DNA of 64,000 nucleotides from Silanimonas sp. GTDB taxonomy: Bacteria > Pseudomonadota > Gammaproteobacteria > Xanthomonadales > Xanthomonadaceae. This document shows positions 63,680-64,000 of this stretch, piece by piece (position 1 is the stretch's first letter; each line of letters opens with the position of its first letter). A model generated the notes under the pieces. The model was not told where the DNA came from, searched no databases, and worked only from the letters and a program-made list of their open reading frames with translations. Where the stretch lies: positions 10,512-74,511 of the forward strand of contig BPKK01000010.1 in NCBI GenBank assembly GCA_026005095.1. Direction: 5' to 3'. The position numbers were made by a program, and so were the translations under genes.

Positions 63680-64000
63680 CTATTCCTCGCTGCTCACCCG
63701 GCCGTTCTTGAACTCCCAGGTACGGGTGATGTGGAGCACGTCCACCCGCTCCCCGGCCTGCGGCACGGCGGCGAAGGGCGCGGCCAGGCCGACGATGCGC
63801 CGGGCGGCCTGGTTCAGGGTCTCGTGGCGGCTGGGCTCGTTCAGGGTCACCGACTCCACGCTGCCGTCGCGGCGCACCGCCACCGTCATCACCAGCCGGC
63901 CCTCCAGCCGCTCGGCGCGGGCGCGCTCCGGGTAATTGGCATTGCCCACCCGTTCCACCCGCTCCACCCACTGCCGCAGGTACTGGGCATAGGCGTACTC
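63680..64000 (-). CDS. Energy transducer TonB family protein, C-terminal part (runs off the window)
   Basis: YLRQWVERVERVGNANYP..GRLVMTVAVRRDGS..LNQAA..APF..ITRTWEF. Confidence 0.8.
   Translation of the reverse strand, partial: EYAYAQYLRQWVERVERVGNANYPERARAERLEGRLVMTVAVRRDGSVESVTLNEPSRHETLNQAARRIVGLAAPFAAVPQAGERVDVLHITRTWEFKNGRVSSEE

Overview
A very GC-rich bacterial chromosomal segment. Gene order (adoK/mreBCD-mrdA-rodA-mltB-rlpA-dacA-ybeD-lipB-lipA-prc; dusA-amidinotransferase-PepSY-phoPQ; plsY-birA-coaX; dps-hrpA; mrcB-lipoprotein-yoaA-tsaB) suggests a Xanthomonadales/Lysobacterales gammaproteobacterium; this is inference, not a database result. About 50 CDS, mostly housekeeping. I saw no rRNA, tRNA, CRISPR array, transposase or phage gene. 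The main candidate for an undescribed system is the three-gene islet at 14.0-20.0 kb: a TPR-fused AspH-type Asp/Asn beta-hydroxylase, a TPR-fused protein-type sulfotransferase and a TonB-dependent receptor with 12 Cys. Other points of interest: a FakA(DAK2)-FakB(DegV) fusion coupled to plsY; a Cache-HAMP-PP2C-RsbW kinase fusion plus STAS protein with no visible output; a 1414-aa orphan multi-domain glycosyltransferase with a duplicated coiled-coil repeat; a recurring leaderless-promoter architecture; a G-tract-dense adoK/mreB spacer; and three single-base frameshifts clustered at 15.0-20.5 kb, possibly sequencing errors. All protein calls rest on motifs recognised by eye. Start codons were chosen manually and some are uncertain.
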